Sequence record: SRR22947725_510
DNA: 45,264 nt
Direction: 5' to 3' (one strand)
In this document: one piece after another, positions 1 to 10,657 of the stretch
Layout: every line of letters starts with the position of its first letter
How positions within the stretch are numbered: the first letter of the stretch is position 1
The notes under the pieces: model-generated
The model's database searches: none
What the model was told of the DNA's origin: nothing
What the model saw: the letters and a program-made list of their open reading frames with translations, nothing else
Made by a program: the position numbers and the translations under genes

Positions 1-423
1 CATTCGATCGGCTTCAATTTCAATTGCAGTTTCTAGTTCTGAGCTGGGTAGGGTTTCATAATAGTTTGTTCTATCTAGCCATGTGGTTGCGTTCATTCTA
101 GCGCCCAAAGACTGTAGAAGTTGAAAAACTGAATTTCCCTTGTCTGTATTAAACTTTTTTGACCCCTTAAACATAAGGTGCTCTAACAGGTGTGTTGAAC
201 CAGTATAACCTATTGCTTCATTTCTTGATCCAACCTCGTATGTGACCATAAAGGTTGCTACTGGTGCACTGTGGTCTTCTTTTAGTAAAACCTTTAGTCC
301 GTTTGATGTCATGTGATACTCTTTAATATCGCCCGACTCTTTAATATATTCATATCCATAGTGTTTTTCTTGAGACATTCCCGCTCCTACAATTAATAAT
401 AATATTAGTGTTATTTTCTTCAT
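1..423 (-). CDS. M16 (pitrilysin/insulinase) family zinc peptidase, N-terminal part; runs off the window edge
   Basis: Not in the ORF track. Manual translation from ATG at 423 gives MKKITLILLLIVGAGMSQEK (signal-peptide-like) ...NGLKVLLKEDHSAPVATFMVTYEVGSRNE...GSTHLLEHLMFKGS, with the inverted zinc motif HxxEH. Confidence 0.9.
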   Translation of the reverse strand, partial: MKKITLILLLIVGAGMSQEKHYGYEYIKESGDIKEYHMTSNGLKVLLKEDHSAPVATFMVTYEVGSRNEAIGYTGSTHLLEHLMFKGSKKFNTDKGNSVFQLLQSLGARMNATTWLDRTNYYETLPSSELETAIEIEADRM

Positions 424-478
424 TTTTTTACCCACCTGTTTGTTGTGGCCTTCCTAAAGCCCAAAAAAAATTTTCTTT

Positions 479-967
479 TTATCTCCAAGGAACAAACCTT
501 GGAATTTTTGCCATATAATCTACATAGTCTTCTCCAAAAATACCAACAAGGTATTCTTCTTCTTTCTCCACAAGGTGTGACCAAAAAATGTAGTGCGCAG
601 GAAGGAAAAAAAGCAGCACAAAAGACTTATAAAATAATGCAACAATGATTGGGAGGTGAAAAATAACCACTGTATATATTGGGTGCCTAATAATTGCATA
701 TATTCCTTTTTTAGAAAATAACCCGCCGTGGTTTTTTGGCGCAAAACTAAATATAGACCAAAACAAAACAATAAAAAGCTCTGTAACGGTCAATGCAATT
801 AATAGGTTGGTCCACCACTCCGAAATATCCATTTTTACAAAACCTATTTTATTTTCTGCTGTTATTATTAAAAAAGTACTTATAGCTGTTACTAACAGTC
901 CAGTTGGTCCTACTTTCCGCGCGCGGTTATAATTTGAAGTATTAAGCCTGTTTTTAAGGTCGGGCAT
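479..967 (-). CDS. Isoprenylcysteine carboxyl methyltransferase / PEMT-family membrane protein
   Basis: Hydrophobic helices plus GIYAIIRHPIY, EEEYL..FGEDYVDY and PRFVP motifs. Start placed at ATG 967 (MPDLKN); the ORF track start is 985. Confidence 0.75.
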   Translation of the reverse strand: MPDLKNRLNTSNYNRARKVGPTGLLVTAISTFLIITAENKIGFVKMDISEWWTNLLIALTVTELFIVLFWSIFSFAPKNHGGLFSKKGIYAIIRHPIYTVVIFHLPIIVALFYKSFVLLFFLPAHYIFWSHLVEKEEEYLVGIFGEDYVDYMAKIPRFVPWR

Positions 968-1652
968 CTGTTTCTCTTTTTCCAAAAATTGCTGTTCCTA
1001 CACGAACCATTGTGGATCCACTTTCAACCCCAAGCTCAAAGTCGCCACTCATACCCATTGAAATCTCAGTCATTTTTTTATCTTGAGGCAATCTTCTGTT
1101 TATTTTTGTAAACAGCTCTTTAAGAGAATTAAATGCTCTTTTTCTTTTGTTGTGGTCTGGTTTGGTTGGACCTATCGTCATTAATCCATCTATTTTTATG
1201 TTATTATGCTTAAAACACAATAACATTTCTTCGATGTCACAGCTTTTAAAACCCCCTTTTGTTTTTTCTTCGCTCGTATTAATTTGGATTAACACTCTTT
1301 GAATTTTTTTAATTGTGGATGCTGCGTTTGATATTTTTTTCGCTAACCTTGTAGAGTCAACAGAGTCTATTGTATCAAACAGTCTTATAGCTTTTTTAAT
1401 TTTGTTAGACTGTAATTGACCTATAAGTCTTTTTTCAACGCTGTTTATTTGGGTAATTTTTGGGAACTTTAGCTCTGCTTCCTGAACCCTATTTTCACCA
1501 ATTGAAACTATACCAGCTCCTATGGCTGTTGATATCTGTTCTGGAGATCTCGTTTTTGTTACGGCAACCAAAATCACTCTTTGATTTGGTTCTTTTTTTT
1601 TATTTATTTGATCTCTAACCTTCTTGAGGTTCTGGGCTATCTTTTGGTTCAT
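954..1652 (-). CDS. yggS: YggS/PLPBP pyridoxal-phosphate homeostasis protein
   Basis: [35 protein letters not shown] and [13 protein letters not shown] motifs. Start placed at ATG 1652 (MNQKIAQNL); overlaps the gyrA end by 38 bp. Confidence 0.93.
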   Translation of the reverse strand: MNQKIAQNLKKVRDQINKKKEPNQRVILVAVTKTRSPEQISTAIGAGIVSIGENRVQEAELKFPKITQINSVEKRLIGQLQSNKIKKAIRLFDTIDSVDSTRLAKKISNAASTIKKIQRVLIQINTSEEKTKGGFKSCDIEEMLLCFKHNNIKIDGLMTIGPTKPDHNKRKRAFNSLKELFTKINRRLPQDKKMTEISMGMSGDFELGVESGSTMVRVGTAIFGKRETDARP

Positions 1653-4098
1653 CTGCGGTTTTTTCTTCCTCTGATATAATTCTCGTAATAGCAGAAACCT
1701 TAGTACCCTCTGCGAGCTTAATAAGCTTAACTCCTTGGGTTGCTCTTCCAATAGACCTTATTTGAGAAACTGGCATTCTAATCAAAACCCCATCATCTCT
1801 TATAATCATAAGGTCGTCTGTTCCAACAACCTCTTTAATTGTGATCATTTTTCCTATTTTGTCTGTTGTTTTCATTGTAAGAACGCCCTTACCACCCCTT
1901 TTTTGTGCGCGGTATTGAATGATTTCTGTTCTTTTTCCAAAACCATTTTCTGTGGCAACCAACACGGTTCCCTCTCTTTTAATTAACAACATACCCACAA
2001 CCTTGTCGTCAGAAGAGCTTAACGTAATTCCTTTTACGCCCATTGTTTTTCTTCCGCTTGGCCTAATTTGTTCCTCTGAAAACCTAATAGACTTACCGTT
2101 TGTTGTTCCTAAAAGGATGTCGTTTTCACCGTTAGAAACTCTTGCCTCAATAAGGCTGTCGCCTTCTCTAATTTCTACAGCATAAATTCCTTTTTTTCTT
2201 GGGTTTGAGTAGGCTGAAAGTTTTGTTTTTTTAACAATTCCTTTTTCTGTTGCCATTACAACAAAATGATCGTCGTGAAACTGATCTTGTTTCACACCAA
2301 TAAATGCGCTAACCTTTTCGTCTGGCTCACAACCAATAAGGTTAACAATTGCTCTTCCTTTTGCTGCTCTTCCGCCCTCGGGTATATCATAAACCTTAAC
2401 CCAATAACACTTTCCCTTGTCTGTAAAAAACAAAATATAGCTGTGTGTATTTTCTACAAACAGATGCTCTGTAAAATCTTCTTCTCTGGCCGTTTGTCCC
2501 TGGACTCCTCGACCACCCCTTCTTTGGCTTTTATATGTACTAACGCTTGTTCTTTTGATATACTGGTTGTGTGTAATAGTTAAAACCATATCTTCTTCTT
2601 TTATCATATCTTCAATATTTAAATCTGTGGCTTTGTCTATTATTTCCGTTCTTCTTCCTTCTCCATATTTTTCTTTAATTTCAAGAAGCTCGTCTTTTAT
2701 TATTTCCATTCTTTTTGTTTTACTATCTAAAATACTTTTAAGCTCCGCCATGTATTGAATAATTTCTTTGTATTCTGATAATATTTTTTCGGTTTCAAGT
2801 CCGGTTAGTTTTTGCAGCTTCATATCTAATATCGCTTGCGCTTGCTTTTCAGATAAACCAAAACCCCCCATTAAACCGTTTCTTGCGGTTTCTGGATCCT
2901 TGCTTTTTTTAATTGTTTCTAAAATTTTATCAATACTATCTAGCGCAATTTTTAACCCCTCTAAAATGTGCGCTCTTGCCTCTGCCTTTCTTAAATCAAA
3001 CTCAGTTCTCTTAACAACAATATCTTGTCTAAAAACCAGAAAAACATCTAATAACTCTTTTAAAGACATAACTTTTGGGGCGCCATCTACAAGAGCTAAT
3101 AAAATTATTCCAAAAGTATCTCTTAGTTGTGTTTGTTTGTACAGTTGGTTTAAAACCACCTCTGGAACCGCATCTCTTTTTGTTTCTATAACTATTCTCA
3201 TTCCATCTTTATCTGATTCGTCTCTAAGCTCTGCTATTCCTTCTATTTTTTTATCTCTGGCTAGGTGTGCTATTTTTTCAATTAAGTTTGCTTTGTTTAC
3301 TTGGTAGGGAATTTCGGTTATAATTAAGGCGTCCCTTCCTTTACTGTTTGGTTCAACATGCGCAGTTCCTTGCATTTTAACCTTTCCTCGCCCTGTTGTA
3401 TATGCGCTTTTTATCCCATCTAAGCCTAAGGCTTTTCCAGCTGTGGGAAAATCTGGTCCCTTAATGTGTTTCATTAGATCTTCAACCTGGCAGTCTGGGT
3501 TTTCTATAACCTCTATCAGGCCGCTAATAACTTCAGAAAGGTTGTGTGGTGGAATTTTAGTTGCCATACCAACTGCAATACCCTCAGATCCATTTACCAA
3601 AAGATTTGGAAACACCGCAGGCAAAACTGCTGGCTCTTTTAGGGTTTCATCAAAGTTGTTTGTCCACGCAACTGTTTCTTTGTCTAAGTCCCTTAAAAGT
3701 TCTCCACCAATTTTTGACATTCTTGACTCTGTATATCTCATTGCCGCTGCTCTATCTCCGTCAACAGATCCAAAATTTCCTTGCCCTTGTACAAGTTGGT
3801 GTCTCATAGAAAATTCTTGTGCCATTCTAACCATAGCATCGTATATAGAACTATCTCCGTGTGGGTGGTATTTACCCAAAACGTCCCCTACAACCCTTGC
3901 AGATTTTTTATAAGGTCTATTCCAATAACAGCCAAGGTCATTCATTCCAAATAAAATTCTTCTGTGAACGGGTTTTAGCCCATCTCTTGCGTCTGGTAGT
4001 GCTCTCGACATAATTACCGACATTGAATAATTTAGGTAGCTCTCTTCCAGTTCTTTTAAAAGTTGTTTATCTATTATATTATCTCTTCCTAGGTCCAT
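1615..4098 (-). CDS. gyrA: DNA gyrase subunit A
   Basis: [31 protein letters not shown] (catalytic Tyr), GyrA-box QRRGGRG and C-terminal beta-pinwheel repeats. Confidence 0.98.
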   Translation of the reverse strand: MDLGRDNIIDKQLLKELEESYLNYSMSVIMSRALPDARDGLKPVHRRILFGMNDLGCYWNRPYKKSARVVGDVLGKYHPHGDSSIYDAMVRMAQEFSMRHQLVQGQGNFGSVDGDRAAAMRYTESRMSKIGGELLRDLDKETVAWTNNFDETLKEPAVLPAVFPNLLVNGSEGIAVGMATKIPPHNLSEVISGLIEVIENPDCQVEDLMKHIKGPDFPTAGKALGLDGIKSAYTTGRGKVKMQGTAHVEPNSKGRDALIITEIPYQVNKANLIEKIAHLARDKKIEGIAELRDESDKDGMRIVIETKRDAVPEVVLNQLYKQTQLRDTFGIILLALVDGAPKVMSLKELLDVFLVFRQDIVVKRTEFDLRKAEARAHILEGLKIALDSIDKILETIKKSKDPETARNGLMGGFGLSEKQAQAILDMKLQKLTGLETEKILSEYKEIIQYMAELKSILDSKTKRMEIIKDELLEIKEKYGEGRRTEIIDKATDLNIEDMIKEEDMVLTITHNQYIKRTSVSTYKSQRRGGRGVQGQTAREEDFTEHLFVENTHSYILFFTDKGKCYWVKVYDIPEGGRAAKGRAIVNLIGCEPDEKVSAFIGVKQDQFHDDHFVVMATEKGIVKKTKLSAYSNPRKKGIYAVEIREGDSLIEARVSNGENDILLGTTNGKSIRFSEEQIRPSGRKTMGVKGITLSSSDDKVVGMLLIKREGTVLVATENGFGKRTEIIQYRAQKRGGKGVLTMKTTDKIGKMITIKEVVGTDDLMIIRDDGVLIRMPVSQIRSIGRATQGVKLIKLAEGTKVSAITRIISEEEKTADEPKDSPEPQEG

Positions 4099-4099
4099 T

Positions 4100-6046
4100 T
4101 TATATATCTATGTTTGTAGCAAACTTAGCCTTTTCTGTTATAAATTTTCGTCTGTGTTCTACTTCTGTTCCCATCAACTCTCTAAACCTAACGTTTGTTT
4201 CCTCTTCTTGAATGTGATCAACCGTAACCTGCATTAAACTTCTCGTTTCTGCGTTCATTGTTGTGTCCCAAAGTTGCTCTGCGTTCATTTCTCCCAAACC
4301 CTTATATCTTTGGATATTTATTTTTGCGCTTTCATTTTCCGACTCAAGCCTCTGAATAACAATGTCTCTTTCTGCGTCTGTATATGCATATCTTTCTTTT
4401 CTACCTTGTTTAATTTTATAGAGTGGTGGCATTGCCATATAAACGAATCCTCCCTGTACCAAGCTTTTCATTTTTCTCCAGAAAAAGGTTAACAATAGCG
4501 TTCTAATATGACTACCATCAACGTCTGCATCTGTCATAATTACAACTTTATGGTATCTTAGTTTTTCAGGATTAAAACTGTTTGGATCTTCCTCGTCTTC
4601 ACCAAAACCACACCCAAGGGCGGTAATAATAGATTGTATTTCATTGTTGGCTAAGAGTTTGTCCTCTCTCGCTTTTTCGGAATTAATAACTTTTCCTCTT
4701 AGGGGTAATATTGCCTGTGTTCTTCTATCTCTTCCCTGTTTTGCTGTTCCTCCAGCAGAATCTCCCTCAACTAAAAATATTTCACACTGCATTGGGTCTT
4801 TATTTGAACAATCAGCAAGTTTTCCCGGTAGCGTTGTTGATCCCAACCCAGACTTTTTTCTAACCAATTCTCTTGCTTTTTTTGCTGCAATTCTTGCTCT
4901 TGCTGCTTCAGCCGCTTTTTCAATAATTTTTTTACCAACTTTTGGGTTTTGCTCTAAAAAGGCTTGAATTCCGTCATACACAACATTGTCTACTAACCCT
5001 TTTACCTCACCGTTTCCTAGTTTTGTTTTTGTTTGTCCTTCAAACTGAGGCTCTTGGACCTTTACAGACAAAACCAATGTTAGTCCCTCTCTAAAGTCGT
5101 CTCCCGAAAGGCTAAATTTTTCGTTTTTCTTTGTTTTAATTAGGTCGTTTTTATTTGCATAACTATTTAAGGCTCTTGTTAAGGCAGATCTAAGCCCAGA
5201 CAGGTGTGTTCCGCCCTCAACTGTATTAATATTATTTACGAATGAAAATATATTATTGTTATAGTTTGTGCTGTACCTTAGCGCCAAATCTACCGGAACT
5301 TCTATATCTTCTTTTGAAACAATAATAACCTCGTTGTGAATTAAGTCTTCTCCTCCATCTAAATATTTTACAAAATCAGATAGTCCCCCGGGAAAACAAT
5401 AATCTACCGATGTATCTTCTACTTCGTTTTTAAGGGTTATTGATAGATTTTTGTTTAGATAAGCTAATTCTTTTAGTCTTCCCTTAATTGTGTCTTCTTG
5501 AAAACCTCTATGAGTAAAAATAGAGTGGTCTGGTTTAAAGGTAATAATTGTGCCTCTTTTTGAGCTTTTACCAATTTTTTCTACTGGGGTTGTGGCATGA
5601 CCTATTTTATATTTTTGTTTATAGTGAAAACCATCTCTGTGAACCTCTGCTGTAAGGTCTTCGGCGAGAGCATTAACAACAGAAACTCCAACACCGTGTA
5701 GACCGCCTGAAACTTTATATGTATTTTTGTCAAATTTTCCCCCAGCGTGTAAAACAGTCATAACAACCTCGAGAGCTGGCTTCCCTTCTTCCTTATGTAT
5801 TTCCACAGGAATACCTCTTCCATTATCTTCAATAGAAATTGTTCCATCTGCCTTAATTGTAACAATTATTTCTGTACAAAAACCTGCCAAAGCTTCATCA
5901 ATACTATTATCAACTACTTCGCTTACTAGGTGATGATATCCTCTCTTACCAACGTCTCCAATATACATGGCTGGTCTTTTTCTTACGGCTTCTAACCCCT
6001 TTAATACAGATATTTTATCTGCACCATAATTGCTTTTATTACTCAT
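4100..6046 (-). CDS. gyrB: DNA gyrase subunit B
   Basis: [49 protein letters not shown] and RYKGLGEM motifs; adjacent to gyrA. Confidence 0.98.
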   Translation of the reverse strand: MSNKSNYGADKISVLKGLEAVRKRPAMYIGDVGKRGYHHLVSEVVDNSIDEALAGFCTEIIVTIKADGTISIEDNGRGIPVEIHKEEGKPALEVVMTVLHAGGKFDKNTYKVSGGLHGVGVSVVNALAEDLTAEVHRDGFHYKQKYKIGHATTPVEKIGKSSKRGTIITFKPDHSIFTHRGFQEDTIKGRLKELAYLNKNLSITLKNEVEDTSVDYCFPGGLSDFVKYLDGGEDLIHNEVIIVSKEDIEVPVDLALRYSTNYNNNIFSFVNNINTVEGGTHLSGLRSALTRALNSYANKNDLIKTKKNEKFSLSGDDFREGLTLVLSVKVQEPQFEGQTKTKLGNGEVKGLVDNVVYDGIQAFLEQNPKVGKKIIEKAAEAARARIAAKKARELVRKKSGLGSTTLPGKLADCSNKDPMQCEIFLVEGDSAGGTAKQGRDRRTQAILPLRGKVINSEKAREDKLLANNEIQSIITALGCGFGEDEEDPNSFNPEKLRYHKVVIMTDADVDGSHIRTLLLTFFWRKMKSLVQGGFVYMAMPPLYKIKQGRKERYAYTDAERDIVIQRLESENESAKINIQRYKGLGEMNAEQLWDTTMNAETRSLMQVTVDHIQEEETNVRFRELMGTEVEHRRKFITEKAKFATNIDI

Positions 6047-7145
6047 TTATCCTCACAGGCATTAATAAAATTGTTGTCTTTTGATCGTTTTCTTTTGGTA
6101 AAAAAAGTGTTGCTGAATTTGCATCTTTAAATGTAAAAAAAATATCTTCTGACGGATATTTTGCAACAGCTTCTTTTAAATATACCGCATTAAATCCTAT
6201 AGCTAATTCTCTACCCCTATATTCGGCAGACTTGACGGGTGCATATACTGTTTTACTCTCTGGTTGATTTACACTTTTAAAATAAACCTTTCCTTCAGAA
6301 AAATTTAAAGAAATTTGGTTTGTATTTTTATTTGTAGCAATAGATGCTGCTTTTATATTGTTTAGCATTTCTGATTTTTGTACTGTTAACTCTTCTGTAT
6401 TGCTTTCGGGAATTACGGCATTATAATTTGGAAATTTTTCATCTATTATTTTAGAATAAAAAACGTCCTTACCATTATTTGAAAAGACATAATCTTTACT
6501 AAATATTAATGATGTCTCTTTTTGCCCTTCAAGAAAGGTATTTAATATATTTAAATATTTTTTTGGAATAATATATCCCTGACTAATATTTGTGTCGTTT
6601 TGTCTGGTAATTTTCACTAACCTATGTCCATCTGTTGCAACAAAATCTATTTTTTCTTGATTAAAATTAAAATAAGCACCATTCAGGGCGGGTTTTGTTG
6701 GTTCTGCATTTATTGCATATAACAAAGAACTAATAATATTTTTTAATTTATCTGTTTCAATTGTAAATAATGCTTCATGTTTGTTTTCTGGTATTTCAGG
6801 ATATTCTTGAAAAGGAACCGTTGGAATATCAAAAGATATACCTTTTTCAGATTTAATATTTATATGAGGGCCCGCAATATCTATATCAACTCTCCCTTCA
6901 TCAATCACAGAAACTATATCATTTACCTCTGATGTGGGAAACAGCCCTTCACCGTTCGTATTTACTGATGCTGTTATTTGGGTTTTGATCCCGACCTCCA
7001 TATCTGTTGAATGCAAAGTAACGCCATGAGCCCCTGAAGATATATAAGTATAATTAACTAAAGGATTTTGAGATTTGACTTGTGTTGTTTTTGTTAATTT
7101 TGAAAATGCTGATTGTAATTCTTTTTTTGTGGTTGAAATGTTCAT
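6039..7145 (-). CDS. dnaN: DNA polymerase III beta sliding clamp
   Basis: 368 aa with STDME, VATDGHRL, FPNYNAVIP, IGFNAVYL and C-terminal LLMPVR; directly upstream of gyrB. Confidence 0.95.
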   Translation of the reverse strand: MNISTTKKELQSAFSKLTKTTQVKSQNPLVNYTYISSGAHGVTLHSTDMEVGIKTQITASVNTNGEGLFPTSEVNDIVSVIDEGRVDIDIAGPHINIKSEKGISFDIPTVPFQEYPEIPENKHEALFTIETDKLKNIISSLLYAINAEPTKPALNGAYFNFNQEKIDFVATDGHRLVKITRQNDTNISQGYIIPKKYLNILNTFLEGQKETSLIFSKDYVFSNNGKDVFYSKIIDEKFPNYNAVIPESNTEELTVQKSEMLNNIKAASIATNKNTNQISLNFSEGKVYFKSVNQPESKTVYAPVKSAEYRGRELAIGFNAVYLKEAVAKYPSEDIFFTFKDANSATLFLPKENDQKTTILLMPVRINE

Positions 7146-7475
7146 ATTTAGTTATCAATTATAAAAAGATAGTTAGTTTTTAACAAGTCTTAATTGGGTA
7201 TACCTTATATAGGCTAATTAAAAGAAAATTGATTTTTGGGCTATTTTAATGAGTTTTACCTCTAAAAAAGAGATTATTATAATTAAGTATTTATATATAT
7301 AAAAATAAACACTAATAATAATAGCCTTAATATGTTAATAAAAAACTAAAAACGCCCTTTTATAGAGATAGATAATTTGATTTTTTTATCAACAAAACAC
7401 ATATAAAAATGTTAATAATGTGTTGAAAAAAAATAAAATATTTTTTTCTTATATTAATTTTTGATTTGTGGATAA
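7146..7475. other. Probable chromosomal replication origin (oriC)
   Basis: About 310 bp AT-rich gap upstream of dnaN. DnaA-box-like 9-mers at 7177 (TTTTTAACA), 7333 (TGTTAATAA), 7386 (TTATCAACA), 7410 (TGTTAATAA), 7421 (TGTTGAAAA) and a perfect TGTGGATAA at 7467. DnaA-trio-like TAATAATAATAG at 7313-7324 lies next to a TATATATAT tract. Confidence 0.8.
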
Positions 7476-8758
7476 GTGAGTGGATTTCTTTTTATATAAA
7501 ATTTAAGCTTAATCTCTTCAATCCAGTTTGAGTACCAATCTGATTTTTTTTGGTTTAATGCCATTTGTTCAAGATCTAACCAATTTTTATCTAAACTAGC
7601 TGGACCGCCTTCTATTTTTTCATCAACCCAAACAATATGATAACCAAACCCCGTTAAAACCGGCGCACTTGGAGTATTGGGAGGAATGTTTTTTATAACA
7701 TCAACAAGTTCCTTTACTTGATATTGATCTAAGTTTATCATTCCCATATATCCACCCTTTGGACCACTTGTTGTATCATCTGAAAACTCTTTTACCTTTA
7801 ATATAAAATCATCTTTATTTTTTATTTCTTTAACTATAGAGGCAGTTTTTTTATATGTTAAATTTTTATCTTCCTCTGAAACATTAGCACTAATAAGTAT
7901 GTGTCTAGCATTTACCTTTTCACCACTTCTTTGTAAAACCTCAATTAAATGATAACCAAATTGTGTTTTTATAGGCTCGCTCAAGACATTTGGGTCTAAT
8001 GTAAAAACAGCCCTATCAAATTCTTGAACAAAAGTTCCTCTAGGAACATATCCTAAATTGCCTCCATTTTCCCCAGACTGTTTATCTTCAGAATATTTTT
8101 TTGCAGCCTCTTCAAAAGATAATCCATTAACAACTTCATTTCTGATATTTTGTATTTTAGTAAGAGCTTCTTGTAAGGATTTTTCGGAAGGTTTTATTTC
8201 AAGTAAAAGGTGTCTAGTTTTATATAACGTTGGAAATGGACCAATACTATCTTTAAATGTATTATAGAAACTAATAACCTCTCCTCGGGTTATAGAAATA
8301 CCTGAGGTTAAGCTACCCGTATATTTTTCAGCTAAAAGTTTACCCCTCATATCATCTCTATAAGATCTTTTAAAGTCAGATATTTTTCTTCCCAAAGCCA
8401 TTTCAGCCTCTTCTTTTCCGCCCGCTTGAGATATTATATTTTCTATTTGCCTTTCCAGGGCTCTATCAATATCCTTATCTAAAACTTCAACAGAATCAAC
8501 TTCAGCCATTTTTATAATCACTAGCTGTTCTATCATACTTTCAGAGGATTTTAATAATAAATTATTATACTCGTTGGGGTTGGTTGTTGGGTTTATTCTT
8601 TGCTCTGCAGCAAGAGCATTTGCAGCTAAAACAACATCACTTAAAAGAACTATTTTACCCTCAACAACAGCAGAAACCTTATCAAGTAATATTTCTTCTT
8701 GTGAAAATGCAACACTAAACAATAATATTAATAATGTTTTTTTAATTTTAATCTCCAT
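7454..8758 (-). CDS. surA: SurA-like periplasmic chaperone / parvulin-type peptidyl-prolyl isomerase
   Basis: Signal peptide, SurA N-domain-like DKVSAVVEGKIVLLSDV, and two parvulin domains (RHLL..FEEAAKKYSED..GGNLG..TQFGYHLI; RHILI..FSDD..GGYMG..TGFGYHIV). Confidence 0.85.
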   Translation of the reverse strand: MEIKIKKTLLILLFSVAFSQEEILLDKVSAVVEGKIVLLSDVVLAANALAAEQRINPTTNPNEYNNLLLKSSESMIEQLVIIKMAEVDSVEVLDKDIDRALERQIENIISQAGGKEEAEMALGRKISDFKRSYRDDMRGKLLAEKYTGSLTSGISITRGEVISFYNTFKDSIGPFPTLYKTRHLLLEIKPSEKSLQEALTKIQNIRNEVVNGLSFEEAAKKYSEDKQSGENGGNLGYVPRGTFVQEFDRAVFTLDPNVLSEPIKTQFGYHLIEVLQRSGEKVNARHILISANVSEEDKNLTYKKTASIVKEIKNKDDFILKVKEFSDDTTSGPKGGYMGMINLDQYQVKELVDVIKNIPPNTPSAPVLTGFGYHIVWVDEKIEGGPASLDKNWLDLEQMALNQKKSDWYSNWIEEIKLKFYIKRNPLTYPQIKN

Positions 8759-10649
8759 TTTTATGTTTCACGTGAAACGAACGCTTTAAATATACTAATA
8801 AAATAGATATATCTGTTGGTCTAATACCCGGTATTCTTTGTGCTTGACCTATTGTTTCCGGCAAAACAGACATAAGCTTTTCCCTTCCTTCGTTTGAAAT
8901 GCTTTTTATTTTTTTATAATCAAAAGTTGAGGGAATAAACATCTCCTCATATATTTTAAGTTTTTCAATTTCTTCTTTTTGTCTATTTATATAACCACCA
9001 TACTTAATAATTGTTTCCGCCTCAAATAAAATTTCTTCGGCATGAGAGGGGTAGTTCTTTTTTATTTTTTTAAAAACAGGAAGATCAAAAACCCCTATTT
9101 TTACTTGGGGCCTCTTAAGCAGTTGAGAAATTTTAATGGGTTCGGTTATGTTATTTTCTCCAACAGAGGAAAGATGGCCGTTAATTTCTTTGGGCCCAAT
9201 GTTTTCTTTTTCTAGCTGTAGTACAATATCTTGAGTTGCTTTGTTTTTTTTATCCAAATCCTTTAAGAGGTTTTTTTCCAAAAGACCAAGCTTTGTTGAA
9301 TATTTTAATAGTCTTTGATCTGCATTAGATGCTCTAAGTTGGAGCCTATATTCGGCTCGAGAAGTAAACATTCTATACGGTTCATTTGTATCTTTTAAAA
9401 CCAAATCATCAATGAGAACGCCCATATAGGCGTCGTTTCTTTTTAATAGCAGGGGTGGAGCGCCAATAATTTTTTGAGCTGCATTTATTCCAGCTAACAA
9501 ACCCTGGGCTGACGCCTCTTCATAGCCAGAGGTGCCGTTTATTTGTCCAGCAAGAAAAAGCCCCGATATTCCCTTTGTTTCTAGTGAGGTTTTTAGCTGA
9601 GACGGAAAAAAGAAATCATATTCAATGGCATATCCAGGACGTAAAAACTCCACAGAGTTTAAGCCTTCAACCGACCTTAAACATTGGAGTTGAATTTTTT
9701 CCGGAAGACTCGTTGAAAAACCATTAACGTATATTTGTTTAGAATTTGTCCATTCTGGCTCTAGTTGAAGTATGTGACTAGGGTTTTGTGAAAACTTATA
9801 CACCTTATCTTCTATTGATGGACAATATCTCGGCCCCGCAGCCATAGTTTCACCTGAATACATAGCAGACTTAGTTAAGTTTTCTAATATAAGTTCGTGA
9901 GTTGTTTGGTTTGTTCTAAAAGCAAAGCAGGGTTCGTCTTTTGGTAAAAACTTTTTGGTTTTATATGATAGGGCTTTTGGTTTTTTATCTCCATATCCAG
10001 CCAAACCAACAGACCAATCAACAGAAGATTTTTTTATTCGGGGTGGCGTACCTGTTTTTAATCGCCCAGCATTAAAACCAAAAGACAAGAGAGACTCGGT
10101 TATTCCCTCAGATCTTTTTTCGTCAAGCCTTCCAGCCTTAATTTTTTCTTCACCAATATGTATTAAACCATTTAAAAATGTGCCGCACGTTAAAATTGCT
10201 GCTTTACAAAAAAGCTCTGACCCGTCGGAAAAAATAACAGAATTAACAGATCCCCCAACTTCATTTATTTTTATAACCTCACCCCCAATAACGCTCAAAC
10301 CAACATCTTTTATATATTTTTGAACAACTTTTTCATATTTAATCTTATCTATTTGAGATCGGGGCGACCAAACAGAGCGGCCCTTAGAAAGGTTTAAGGT
10401 TTTGCTTTGAAGCGTTGCTTGGTCAGCAAAAAACCCCATAACACCACCCAGCACATCCAACTCTCTGACCATTTGCCCCTTAGCAAGGCCCCCAATAGCG
10501 GGATTACAAGACATTCTACCTATCGCTTTTATGTCCATAGAAACCAAAACAACATCTATCCCCAGTTTGTGTGCTACTAAGGCAGCTTCAATTCCTGCGT
10601 GGCCACCCCCAACAACAACCAAATCACACTTATTATTAATTCGTTTCAC
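8748..10649 (-). CDS. mnmG: tRNA uridine-5-carboxymethylaminomethyl modification enzyme MnmG (GidA)
   Basis: GGGHAGIEAA, MSCNPAIGG, RLKTGTPPR, GPRYCPSIEDK, AGQINGTSGYEEA and EPYRMFTSRAEYRL motifs; GTG start. Confidence 0.97.
   Translation of the reverse strand: MKRINNKCDLVVVGGGHAGIEAALVAHKLGIDVVLVSMDIKAIGRMSCNPAIGGLAKGQMVRELDVLGGVMGFFADQATLQSKTLNLSKGRSVWSPRSQIDKIKYEKVVQKYIKDVGLSVIGGEVIKINEVGGSVNSVIFSDGSELFCKAAILTCGTFLNGLIHIGEEKIKAGRLDEKRSEGITESLLSFGFNAGRLKTGTPPRIKKSSVDWSVGLAGYGDKKPKALSYKTKKFLPKDEPCFAFRTNQTTHELILENLTKSAMYSGETMAAGPRYCPSIEDKVYKFSQNPSHILQLEPEWTNSKQIYVNGFSTSLPEKIQLQCLRSVEGLNSVEFLRPGYAIEYDFFFPSQLKTSLETKGISGLFLAGQINGTSGYEEASAQGLLAGINAAQKIIGAPPLLLKRNDAYMGVLIDDLVLKDTNEPYRMFTSRAEYRLQLRASNADQRLLKYSTKLGLLEKNLLKDLDKKNKATQDIVLQLEKENIGPKEINGHLSSVGENNITEPIKISQLLKRPQVKIGVFDLPVFKKIKKNYPSHAEEILFEAETIIKYGGYINRQKEEIEKLKIYEEMFIPSTFDYKKIKSISNEGREKLMSVLPETIGQAQRIPGIRPTDISILLVYLKRSFHVKHKNGD
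8764..8779. promoter_or_regulatory. parS centromere-like site 1
   Basis: TGTTTCACGTGAAACG, 15/16 match to the parS consensus TGTTTCACGTGAAACA; origin-proximal. Confidence 0.88.
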
Positions 10650-10657
10650 GTGAAACT
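10642..10657. promoter_or_regulatory. parS centromere-like site 2
   Basis: CGTTTCACGTGAAACT, with the perfect 14-bp core palindrome GTTTCACGTGAAAC, at the mnmE/mnmG junction. Confidence 0.85.

Noticed and set aside
1653-1751. N-terminal extension of the yggS ORF (similarly dnaA 13934, purM 28002, TBDR 33142)
   Set aside because: Downstream ATGs fit family N-termini, RBS position or stop/start overlaps better.
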